In this document: positions 19,901 to 32,000 of the stretch, piece by piece | Numbering within the stretch: the first letter of the stretch is position 1 | Layout of the letters: every line of letters begins with the position of its first letter | From: an uncultured candidate division Zixibacteria bacterium | GTDB lineage: Bacteria; Zixibacteria; MSB-5A5; GN15; FEB-12 | Direction: 5' to 3' | Assembly (NCBI GenBank): GCA_963735035.1 | Contig: CAVTJJ010000004.1 | Span: 128,001 to 192,000 of the forward strand | DNA: 64,000 nt | Notes under the pieces: model-generated | What the model was told of the DNA's origin: nothing | The model's database searches: none | Seen by the model: only the letters and a program-made list of their open reading frames with translations | Position numbers and translations under genes: made by a program

Positions 19901-22900
19901 CGTTTACCGCGACCGACCCCGGATTGCTGTTCTCATCCGATCCGGCCACGTTCACGGTCACAGCCGTCAATAACGCTCCGGTAGTGGCTGATATCCCGAA
20001 TCAGACTATCGCTGAAGCATCGACCTTCACAACCATCGCTCTTGATGGCTATGTCTCAGACGTCGATAACACTGACGCCCAGATGGCGTGGACATACTCC
20101 GGCAATACCGCGTTGACCGTGAGCATTGATGTCAACCGGGTAGCTACGATTACTACCCCAGATGCCAACTGGAACGGCGCTGAAACGATTACGTTCACAG
20201 CAACTGACCCGGGCCTCTTGTTCGCTTTCGATCCGGCCACGTTTACGGTTACGTCAGTCAATGACGCACCAGTGGTAAGCGATATTCCGAATCAGACTGT
20301 GGCTGAAGGCGCGACATTCGCGACGATCAATCTTGACAGCTACGTAACCGACGTCGACAACACTCCTGCCCAGATGACGTGGACCTATTCCGGCAACACG
20401 GCGCTGACCGTGAGTATCAGTCCTCTCAGGGTTGCCACGATTACGATTCCAGACGTTAACTGGAACGGCAACGAGACGATTACATTTACTGCTACTGATC
20501 CCGGCCTCTTGTTCGCTTCCGATCCGGCCACGTTCACAGTCACGGCAGTAAACGACGCTCCTGTAGTTGCTGATATTCCGAACCACACTATCGCCGAAGG
20601 ATCGACCTTCACGACCATCGCTCTTGATGGCTATGTATCGGATGTTGACAACACCGACGCCCAGATGACCTGGACTTACTCTGGTAATACCGCTCTGACA
20701 GTCAGTATTGATGTCAACCGCGTAGCTACGATTACGATCCCAGATGCCAACTGGAACGGCGCTGAGACGATTACTTTCACAGCGACCGATCCGGGTCTGC
20801 TGTTCTCATCTGACCCTGCGACTTTCACAGTTACTGCAGTGAATGACGCCCCGGTGGTAGCGGATATTCCGAACCAGACTATCGCCGAAGGCTCGACCTT
20901 CACCACGATCAATCTTGATAGCTACGTGACCGATGCCGACAACACGCCTTCTCAGATGACCTGGACTTACTCCGGCAACACGGCGTTGACCGTGAGTATC
21001 GATGTCAACAGGATCGCCACAATTACGATTCCGGACGTCAACTGGAACGGCGCTGAAACGATTACGTTTACGGCGACCGATCCGGGCCTGCTGTTCTCGT
21101 CCAACCCGGCCACGTTCACGGTCACAGCCGTCAATAACGCGCCCGTAGTTTCAGATATCCCGAATCAGACTGTGGCTGAAGGCTCGACCTTTACGACTAT
21201 AGCTCTTGATGGCTATGTATCGGATGTCGACAACACACCTTCCCAGATGACTTGGACCTACTCTGGCAACACGGCTTTGACGGTCAGTATCAGTCCGACC
21301 AGAGTCGCCACGATCACGATACCTGACGCCAACTGGAACGGCGCTGAGACGATCACGTTTACGGCGACCGATCCGGGGTTGCTGGCCTCGTCCAATGCCG
21401 CCATCTTCACCGTAACTGCGGCTAATGATGCTCCAGTAGTCACTGATATCCCGGATCAGACAATAGCTGAAGGCTCGACGTTCACGACTATCGCTCTCGA
21501 CGGCTACGTCTCCGACGTTGACAACACTGATGCCCAGATGACCTGGACCTACTCAGGCAACACGGCTCTGACAGTCAGTATCGATGTCAACAGAGTCGCT
21601 ACGATTACGATTCCGGATATGAATTGGAACGGTGCTGAGACGATTACGTTTACGGCGACCGATCCCGGTCTGCTGTTCGCTTCCGATCCGGCCACGTTTA
21701 CGGTCACCCCGGTAAACGACCCGCCGGTCTTAGCGACTATTGGCCCCCGCTCTGTAACTGAAGGCGCCATTTTGAACTTCACGGCCACCGCAACGGATGT
21801 TGACGGAGAAACGCCCGTTCTGACAACTTCCTCGCTGCCGACCGGAGCTACCTTTGTCGATCACGCCAACGGTACCGGAACGTTTGACTTCACGCCCGGC
21901 TACCTGCAGTCGGGTGTGTACTCGGTGACGTTCTATGCCCGCGATGCGGCGCTATCAGTTGATTCCGAAGTGGTCAGCATCACGGTCATCGATGCCGGCA
22001 ACCAGCTTCCAGTGCTGGCGGCTATAGGCCCGCATTCGGTGCTTGAAGGTGCCAACTTGAGTTTCACGGTGTCAGCTACCGACATTGAAGATCCTTCCCC
22101 GGCCCTGACAACCTCGATCCTGCCCAGCCATGCCAGCTTTGTCGATAACGGCAACGGTACCGGCACCTTCAGCTTTACGCCGGCTTTCCAGCAGGCGGGT
22201 ATGTACCAGGTGACTTTCACCGCGACGGATGACAGTCTTGGGATCGATTTCGAAATCGTCACGATCACTGTAACAGACGCGGGCAATCAGGCTCCTGTCC
22301 TGGCGACCATCGGCCCGAGATCGGTGACCGAGGGTGCTACGCTGGCATTCGGCGTTTCAGCGACCGACCCGGATGGCACCACCCCGACCTTCACGACTTC
22401 TTCGTTGCCGACTAACGCCAGCTTCTTAGATAACGGCAACGGTACCGGCAATTTCAGCTTCTCGCCGAATTTCACTCAGGCCGGGACTTACAATATTACG
22501 TTCAGGGCCACCGATGGAGCGCTAGTTGACTCCGAAGTAGTAGTCGTTACAGTTGTCGACGCCGGTAATCGGGCGCCGGTTCTGGCAGCTATCGGACCGA
22601 AGACAGTCACCGAAGGCGCCAATTTGCATATAGTTCTGTCCGCCACTGATGCGGACGGTACGACACCGGTTCTTACTTCATCCACTCTGCCGCGTAATGC
22701 GACATTCATAGATAATGGCAATGGTACGGGAGACTTCGACTTCAATCCTGACTTTATCCAGTCGGGAATCCGTAGCGTGACCTTCTATGCCTCGGACGGA
22801 GTCGCGGTGGACTCCGAGGTAGTGTTTATCACTATCAACGATGCGGGTAATCAGCCGCCGGTCCTGGCGGCGATAGGCCCGCGGACTGTGACCGAGGGCA

Positions 22901-25900
22901 GTCAACTGACCTTTGGTGTCTCAGCCTCCGATCCTGAGGGGGCTACCCCCAGCCTCTCGACGTCAAGTCTCCCTACCAACGCCAGCTTCGTGGACAATCA
23001 CAACGGCACCGGCACGTTTACTTTCGATCCGAGCTACATCCAGTCCGGTACCTACAATATCACTTTTACCGCTCGCGATGACAGCACCGCCACCGATGTT
23101 GAGATCGTCACGATTACGGTCAATGACGCAGGCAATCAGACCCCGGTGCTGGCGGCGATCGGTCCGCATTCGGTCGACGAAAACGTTCTGGTGACCTTTG
23201 GAGTCTCAGCTACTGATGCGGACGCTACCATCCCCGCGCTGACTACTTCGACGCTTCCACTGAACGCCACCTTCGTAGACAATTTGAACGGGACCGGTAC
23301 GTTTTCCTTCACGCCGAGTTTCTTCCAGGCCGGAATCTACAACATTACGTTCCGTGCCTCGGACGGTATCGCGGTCGACAGCGAGATTGTGACTATCACC
23401 GTCAACAATATCAACCGCGCGCCGGTGCTTGACGCTATCGGCCCGAGAGCGGTCAATGAGAACGCGACGCTCGCCTTTACGGTTACGACAAGCGATCCCG
23501 ACCTGACAACTCCGATTCTCGCCGCTACCGGCCTGCCGGCCAATGCAACTTTTGTAGATAATCTCAACGGCACCGGCAGCTTCAGTTTCACGCCGTCGTT
23601 CTATCAGGCCGGAAGCTACAATGTCACGTTTACGTCGAGTGATGGCGCTCTGTCCGACTCTGAAATCGTAACCATTACGGTAAGTAATGTCAATCAGGCG
23701 CCAGTACTCGCGGCTATTGGTCCGCAGTTTGTCACCGAGGGTGCCAACCTGAGCGTGCTGGTTACGGCTACTGACGCCGACAGCACCGCTCTAACATTCA
23801 CCGCCGCGCCGCTGCCTCTGAACGGAACGTTCGTGGATCACGGTAACGGAACCGGAACGTTCAGTTTTAGTCCGAACTATCGCCAGTCCGGTATCGTTAG
23901 CCTGATGTTCACAGTCAGCGATGGTGTCGCTACTGACCAGGAGCTGGTGTTCGTGACGATCAACGAGGCGGGCAATCAACCGCCGGTGCTCGCGGCTATC
24001 GGGCCGCGATCCACCCAGGAAGGCCTGGTGCTCAATTTTACGGCTACCGCGACCGATCCCGAGGGTGTCGCGCCGGTCCTGACCACTTCGGCTTTGCCAC
24101 TGCACGCCAGCTTTGTCGACAACCATAATGGTACTGGCAGCTTCAGCTTCAGCCCCGACTTCACCCAGGCCGGCACTTACAATATTACTTTCACTGCCAC
24201 CGATGATTCCTCGGCCACTGATTTTGAAATCGTCACGATCACGGTTTCCGAATCCGGTAACCAGGCTCCAGTGCTCGCGGCCATAGGCGCCCGTAGCGCT
24301 ACTGAAGGCACACTGCTCAATTTCGCCGTCTCGGCCGCCGATCCCGATGCGACCACCCCGACCCTTACGGCTTCGCCTCTCCCCACCGGTGCTGCCTTTG
24401 TCGACAACGGCAACGGGACAGGTACTTTCAACTGGTCGCCGACATTCATACAGGCCGGTGTTTACCCGGTGACATTCATAGCATCTGACGGCACCCTGGC
24501 CGATTCCGAAGTCGTTCAGATTACGATCATCGAGGCCGGTAACCAGAGACCGGTGCTAGCGGCTATTGGCCCGCGTGGCACGACTGAATCAGTCAATTTG
24601 AACTTCTCCGTCTCGGCTTCCGATGCTGATGCCACCACGCCAACTCTTTCGGCCGGACCGCTTCCGACCGGTGCCACCTTCGTGGACAATGCTAACGGCT
24701 CCGGCACGTTCAACTGGACACCGGGATTTACTCAGTCGGGTATCTACAATGTGATCTTTGTCGCCTCGGACGGTCTTCTGGCCGACTCCGAGACGGTTCA
24801 AATAACGGTCGTTGAATCAGGCAATCAGGCCCCCATACTCGCCGCGATTGGCGCACACAGCACTACCGAAAACGTGCTCCTTAGTTTCACTGCGTCGGCT
24901 ACGGACGCCGATGCCACTATCCCGTTGCTCAGCGCGTCGCCGCTTCCGACCGGCGCCACTTTTGTCGACAACGGCAACGGCACTGGCAGCTTCAATTGGC
25001 AGCCGAGTTTCATTCAGTCGGGTGTTTACAATGTCACTTTTGTAGCCTCTGACGGTGTGGCGGCTGATTCCGAAGTGGTGCAGATCACAGTCATTGAGGC
25101 CGGCAACCAGATACCGGTGCTCGCCGCGATCGGCGCCCGCAGTACAACTGAAAGCGCGATCTTGAACTTCGCGGTCACGGCTTCAGATGTCGACGGCACG
25201 ACGCCGATTCTGACCGCGACACCGCTGCCGACCGGTGCGACTTACACCGACCATGGCAATGGTACAGCTACATTCAACTGGAGACCCGGCTTCACGCAGG
25301 CGGGAATATACAGTGTGACTTTTGTCGCTTCAGACGGCCTGCTTGCCGATTCCGAACTCGTGCAGATTACCGTCATCGATGCCGGAAACCAGAGACCCGC
25401 TCTGGTGAGTATCGGCGGCCAGGGGGCCACTGAAAACACGAACCTGAATTTCGACGTCTTTGCGACCGATGTGGACGCCACCACGCCTGCGCTTTCGGCT
25501 GGACCGCTGCCGACCGGCGCCACGTTCGTAGATCATGCTAACGGAACCGGTACCTTTGATTGGACGCCGGACTTCACTCAGGCTGGCATCTATACGATCA
25601 CATTCGTTGCTTCGGACGGTCTCCTGGCTGACTCCGAAGTGGTTCATATAACAGTGGCCGACGCCGGTAATCAGGCTCCCGTGCTCGCCGCGATCGGCGC
25701 CCGGAGCACCACCGAAAATGTCAGCCTCGCTTTTGGTGTGACGGCTGCCGACGCCGACGCCACCATCCCGTCGCTCAGCGCGTCGCCGCTGCCGACCGGC
25801 GCTACTTTTGTCGACAACGGCAATGGTACGGGCAGCTTCAACTGGCTGCCGACTTACACTCAGGCCGGTATCTACAGCGTATGGTTTGTCGCCTCAGACG

Positions 25901-28900
25901 GTGTTCTGGCTGATTCCGAACTCGTACAGATTACAGTCATCGAGGCCGGCAACCAGAGACCGGTGCTTGCCACGATCGGCTCACACAGCACGACTGAGAA
26001 CTTGAATCTGAACTTCGCTGTATCAGCCTCGGATGTTGATGCCACCACGTCGATCCTGACCGCATCACCGCTGCCGACCGGCGCGACTTACACCGACCAC
26101 GGCAACGGTACTGCTACCTTCGATTGGACTCCCGGTTTCACACAGGCGGGTATCTATAGCGTAACGTTTGTCGCTTCGGACGGTCTGTTGGCCGATTCCG
26201 AAGTCGTTCAGATTACGATTATTGAAGCCGGCAACCAGGCCCCGGTGCTGGCGGCTATCGGCGCTCGTAGTACCAGTGAAAGCACAAACCTGAATTTCGG
26301 CGTATCCGCGACCGATGTCGACGCTACCACGCCGACCCTGACCGCGTCACCGCTGCCGACCGGCGCGACTTTCGTGGACAATGCCAACGGTACTGGCACG
26401 TTCAACTGGACACCGGACTTCACTCAGGCCGGCATCTATACGATCACATTCGTTGCTTCAGACGGTTTGCTGGCCGATACCGAAGTGGTCCAGATTACGG
26501 TTCTCGAAGCCGGTAATCAGGCTCCTGTGCTTGCCGCGATAGGCGCTCGCAGCACCACCGAAAATGTCAGCCTCGCTTTTGGTGTGACGGCTACCGACGC
26601 CGACGCCACCATCCCGTTGCTGAGCGCTTCGTCGCTGCCGACCGGTGCTACTTTCGTAGACAACGGCAATGGTACGGGCAGCTTCAACTGGCTGCCGACT
26701 TATACTCAGGCCGGTATCTACAGCGTGACGTTTGTCGCATCGGACGGCGTCCTTGCTGATTCGGAACTCGTGCAGATTACCGTCATCGAGGCCGGCAACC
26801 AGAGACCGGTGCTTGCCACGATCGGCTCACACAGCACGACTGAGAACATCAATCTGAACTTCGCGGTCTCTGCGTCTGATGTCGACGCCACCACGCCGAT
26901 ACTAACCGCATCACCGCTGCCGACTGGCGCTACATACACCGACCACGGCAACGGTACTGCTACCTTCGATTGGACTCCCGGTTTCACACAGGCGGGTATC
27001 TATAGCGTAACGTTTGTCGCTTCGGACGGAGTATTGGCCGATTCCGAAGTCGTTCAGATTACGATTATTGAAGCCGGCAACCAGGCCCCGGTGCTCGCCG
27101 CGATAGGCGCGCGGGGTACGACTGAGAATATCAATCTCAACTTCATCGTTTCGGCGTCCGATCTCGACGCCACCACGCCGATCCTGACTGCGTCACCGCT
27201 TCCGACCGGCGCCACCTTCATAGACAACGCCAACGGCACCGGCACGTTCAACTGGACACCCGGCTTCACCCAGGCCGGACTATACAATGTCACGTTTGTG
27301 GCGTCTGATGGTTTGCTCGCCGATACCGAAGTGGTCCAGATAACGGTCACCGATGCGGGCAACCAGACGCCGGTCCTGGCGGCGATCGGCGCCCGTGGCA
27401 CGAACGAACAGGTCAATTTGAATTTCAGCGTCTCGGCGACCGATGCCGACGCTACGATTCCGACCCTTTCGGCCGCACCGCTTCCGACCGGTGCTACTTT
27501 CACCAACAATGCTAACGGTACTGGAACATTCAACTGGACACCGAGCTATGTACAGGCCGGTATATACGATATCACGTTTGTCGCCTCAGACGGTGTCGCC
27601 GCCGACTCCGAAGTTGTGCGGATCACAGTCACCGATGCCGGCAACCAGATCCCGGTGCTGGCTGCAATTGGCGCTCGTAGCATAGCTGAAAACGCCGCTC
27701 TGAACTTCACGGTGTCGGCGACCGATGCCGACCTTACGACTCCGGTCTTATCGGCTAACTCACTTCCGATTGGCGCGAGTTTTGTCGATCATGCCAACGG
27801 CACGGCGACATTCAACTGGACCCCGGACTTCACCCAGGCCGGTGTGCACAACGTTCTGTTCATAGCTTCCGATGGCATCTCGGCTGACAGCGAACTAGTC
27901 GCTATCACGGTTACTAATACCAACCGGGTTCCGGTCGCCAACGCCGGTTCGGATCAGTTTGACATCCCGCAGGGGCATCTGGTACAGCTCGACGGCGCCG
28001 GATCCTCCGATGCCGACGGCGAGTTACTCACCTATGCCTGGACGCAAGTTGCCGGAGCGGCCGTTACTCTTTCGAGTGCGACGAATGTGGCTCCGACCTT
28101 TACACCCAATGCGCTCGGAACTTACCGGTTCCAGTTGATCGCCTTCGACGGCATCGACCACTCGCTTCCGGATACGGTGGCTATCGCAGTGGTAAACGGT
28201 GCTCCGCCGCGCTCTGTGACGGACTTGACGATCAGAATCGTCAGTGACGCCCTCGTGTTGACCTGGTCGCCCGTGTTGGTTGATACGGCCGGTCTCGCGA
28301 CCACGATCGACCACTACGAGATTCACCGTGGTACGTCGGCGTACTTCACGCCCGGCCCGGCGAATTTGATCGGCACTTCGAACGCTTTGACTGCTACCTT
28401 TACAGATAACAACATCGGCGGCGCTAACGTCGTGGGCGACACCCTGACGCAGTACTTCTACGTGGTGGTGGCCATCGACTCATGGACGAATGCCTCCGGT
28501 GTTTCGAACCGGGTCGGCGAATACGACTATCCGATCATTATCACGTCGTCTACCGACTACAACCTGGTTTGCATCCCGTTCACGGGTACCGGCATCACGA
28601 ATGCCGATCAGTTGATATCGGCGCTTGGCACCGGACGGGTATTGACCGTCAACCGGTACATTGCAACGTCGCAGAGCTTCCAGTCGCGCTATGCGGCCGG
28701 GTTCGGAATCAATTTCGCAGTGGTACCGGGGGGAGTGTATCAGGTGAATGCGGCGTCGGCGACAATCTTCTCCGTCGCCGGAGGTGTCCCGGCTCCGGGA
28801 ACCATAACCTACCCGTTGGTAACGACCGCTTCGACAGATTTCAATTACGTATCAATACCGTTCGAGCGCGAGGCTAATTTCCTCGTGGCGCAGGATGTCA

Positions 28901-29064
28901 TTAACAACATCCCCGGCGTGCTCAACACTCTAAACAATTTTGTGGCGGGTTCGCAGAGCTACCAGTCACGGTTTGCAGTCGGCTTTGGCACCAACTTCGT
29001 GGTGCGCGCCGGCAAGCCGTACCAGGCGAACGCCGCGACCTCGGGCACTTTCCCGATTCAGTAG
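16991..29064 (+). CDS. Giant Ig/cadherin-like repeat adhesin, ~4,020 aa once four indels are corrected (gene E)
   Basis: Signal peptide at 16991. The repeat consensus continues across indels at ~17182 (+1), ~17592 (-1), ~17781 (+1) and ~18186 (+1) into ORF 18088..29064. Architecture: 1 + 22 ~94-aa Ig repeats, 15 97-aa repeats, PKD-like (PVANAGSDQ), FN3-like, duplicated C-terminal domain. Confidence 0.8.
17357..21720 (+). repeat. Coding tandem array, 15 x 291 bp (97 aa)
   Basis: Unit PVVxDIPxQTxAEGSTFTTIxLDxYVxDVDNT..QMTWTYSGNTALTVSI..NWNGAETITFTATDPGLL. Confidence 0.9.
21721..27925 (+). repeat. Coding tandem array, 22 x ~282 bp (~94 aa)
   Basis: Unit PVLAAIG..E...L.F...ATD.D...LP.GATFVDN.NGTG.F.WTP.F.QAG.Y.VTF.ASDG; units counted by eye. 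Confidence 0.88.
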
Positions 29065-29075
29065 AGGAATGACCC

Positions 29076-32000
29076 ATGGCTATGAAAAGATTTGAGCTGA
29101 ACATAAACGGAGGTACCGCTGTGCGGTTATCTAATAGGATGGTTGGGATAACCTACCGACTCGGGCTGGCTCTGGTGCTGGTTTTGGGGTTGACCGGCTC
29201 TGGGTTCGCTCAGGGGTCGATCTTTGGAACAGTATCCAATTCCAACGCGACTACCCCGGCGAACGGCGAGATTCTCTTTGTCGGATATTTGGACAACACC
29301 GACGAAGAAATCCGGATTGAGAGCGCCGACGGCGCCGGCTATGACGCCGGCAACTGGTTCGACGACTTCCAGAACTATCTCACGGAAGCCCCGGGCAACC
29401 CGTACGATTATCATTTCTATAATGTCGCCAACAACCAGGGCTTTCAGCTTTCCGGATTGATCCCGAACAACTCGTTCCAGCAGGAAAACGTGACTCTTGC
29501 CTCGGTCACCTGGCCGGTTGTGCCGCTTGGTCTGAGCGGCGTCACCGTTTCCAATACCAGCGTGGTGCTGAACTGGACGCGTGTCGCCGGGCTCACCTAT
29601 CACGTTTACCGTAGACTGGCCATCTCCAATGGGTCGTTCTTCCGAATTGACAATACGGCCGGATTGCTGACCAACCCCGGCGTGGCGAACAATTTCTTTG
29701 TAGATAACACCGTCAGCGGCGGCAATTCATACGCTTACATTATTGTAGCTCAGGATCCGTCGGGCAATTTCTCGCCGCATTCGCCGGTCGTTACGGTCAA
29801 TACCGCTGCAGGCGACGCCCCGATTATCACCTCGATAGACCCAACTACCGGTTCGGCTGTCGGCGGAACTCTGGTGACCGTCAACGGTTCAGGTTTCGAT
29901 CCGGCGGGTACGACCGTGCATTTTGGCTTGAACAGCGCCGCCGCCACGGTGATCAGCCCCTTCCAATTGACCGCCGTTACTCCGGCCGGTTCGGTAGGAG
30001 CTGCCATGGATGTGGCCGTGGTAAACACGTCCTCAGGTCTCGTATCCAATACTTTGTTGGGCGCTTTCATCTACGCCGCCAACGCGGCGCCGGTGTTGGC
30101 GACCATTGGCCCTCGCAGTGTGGTGGAAGGTTCCCTCCTGACCTTTACGGCTGCAGCTACCGATGTGGACGGGGTCACTCCGGTAATGACTGCATTAACG
30201 CTTCCTACGGGCGCCACCTATGTCAACAACGGCAACGGCACCGGGACTTTCGCCTGGACGCCGACCTTCACCCAGGCGGGTGTCTATAATGTGACTTTTT
30301 ACGCCACTGACGGCGCGGTGCCGTCAGCAATCGATTCCGAAGCGGTGGTTATTACCGTGACTGATTTTGGCAATCATGCGCCGGTGGTAACTCCGGTAGC
30401 CGAACAAACCGTGGCGGAAGCTCAAACACTGGCGTTTCAGATTACGGCCACCGACTCCGATCTCGATCCGATCACTCTGGTAGCCACTAATCTTCCGACT
30501 AACGCGACTTTCCTGGATAACGCCAATGGCAACGGCAACTTCAGTTTCACTCCCAACTTTATCCAGGCCGGCATTTACGATGTGACCTTCACGGCGACTG
30601 ACCCGGGGCTGGGTGTCGGTACCACGATCGTCCATATCGTTGTCACGAACGTGAATCAGCTCCCCGTTATGATGCCGATCGGCGGGCAGGCCGGTACCGA
30701 AAACGTGTTAATGACTTTCGGGGTTACGGCAAGCGATCCCGACGGAGCTATACCGCTTCTGTCTACGTCCGTCCTCCCCGGTACCGCCGTGTTTGTGGAT
30801 AACCTAAATGGCACGGGATCATTCAGCTGGACACCCAATTTCGCCGGCGCCGGCTCATACAATGTGACTTTCCGGGCCACTGATGCTGCTTTCCCAACCG
30901 CAGTAGATTCGCAAATCGTTACGATAGTCATCGCCGACGCCGGCAATCAGGCGCCAGTTCTGGCCGCTATTGGTCCGCACACGGTAGCTGAGGGTGTCGC
31001 CCTTGATTTCACTGTCACCGCGACCGATTTGGATGCAACCATACCGACATTGCGCGCCGAGAATCTACCGGCCAACGCCACCCTGCTTGACCATGCCGAC
31101 GGCACGGCCTCATTCAGCTTCACACCGAATTACACTCAGGCCGGATCTTACAACGTACTGTTCATCGCTGACGACGGCTTGTTGGCCGACTCGGAGACTG
31201 TCGCGATTACCGTGACCGAGAGCGGCAACGTGGCGCCGGTCTTTGATCCCATAGGCGACTTCACTCTCAATGAGGGTGATTCACTGGTCATTCCGGTGCG
31301 CGTGACCGATCCCGACGGCGGCGCGACTTTCCCGTCTTTGTCGGTAAGCACCACGCTATATCCTTTCACGTTCACCGACAATCATGACGGCACCGGCCGT
31401 CTGGTATACCGCTCGAATTTCTATAGCTCCGGTGTCGATACCATAAACTTCTTCGCCACCGATCACGGCACGCCGCAGCGCACGACTACGGCGATTTCGG
31501 CCGTGACGACGGTCGAAGTCAACCAACCGCCACTGTTCGTGAATATCGCCCCGCTGGGGGCGGTGGTGGATGATTCCCTGGTCTTCATAGTTCAGGCGAG
31601 CGATTCCACCGACCCGGTCGCCAGTCATAGAGTCATTCTGTCGTCTCTAAGCTTGCCGGCCAATGCGACGTTTGTTGATAACGGCGACGGCACCGGCCGG
31701 TTTGCCTTCCATCCCACCGCCACTCAGGTTGGCTTGAATCAGGCCACGTTCCTGGGTGTCGATCAGGGGACCCCGCAGCTTTCTGCCACCATGACCGTAG
31801 ATATAACTGTCGTGACGGAGAATCAGCCACCGGTGCTGACCCCGATCGGCCCGCGAGTGATTACCGAAGGACAGACGCTGACGATCAACCTTTCGGGATC
31901 CGACCCGGACGGCCCAGCTCCGGCGCTTCTGGCCGTCGGGGCCCCGGTAGGCTCCACTTTCGTGGACAACGGTAACGGCACCGCCGTGTTCACCTTCACG

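Noticed and set aside
17357..27925. Regular repeats as a possible CRISPR array or DGR
   Set aside because: The repeats are in-frame protein domains of 282-291 bp with no spacers; no cas or reverse transcriptase gene lies in the window.
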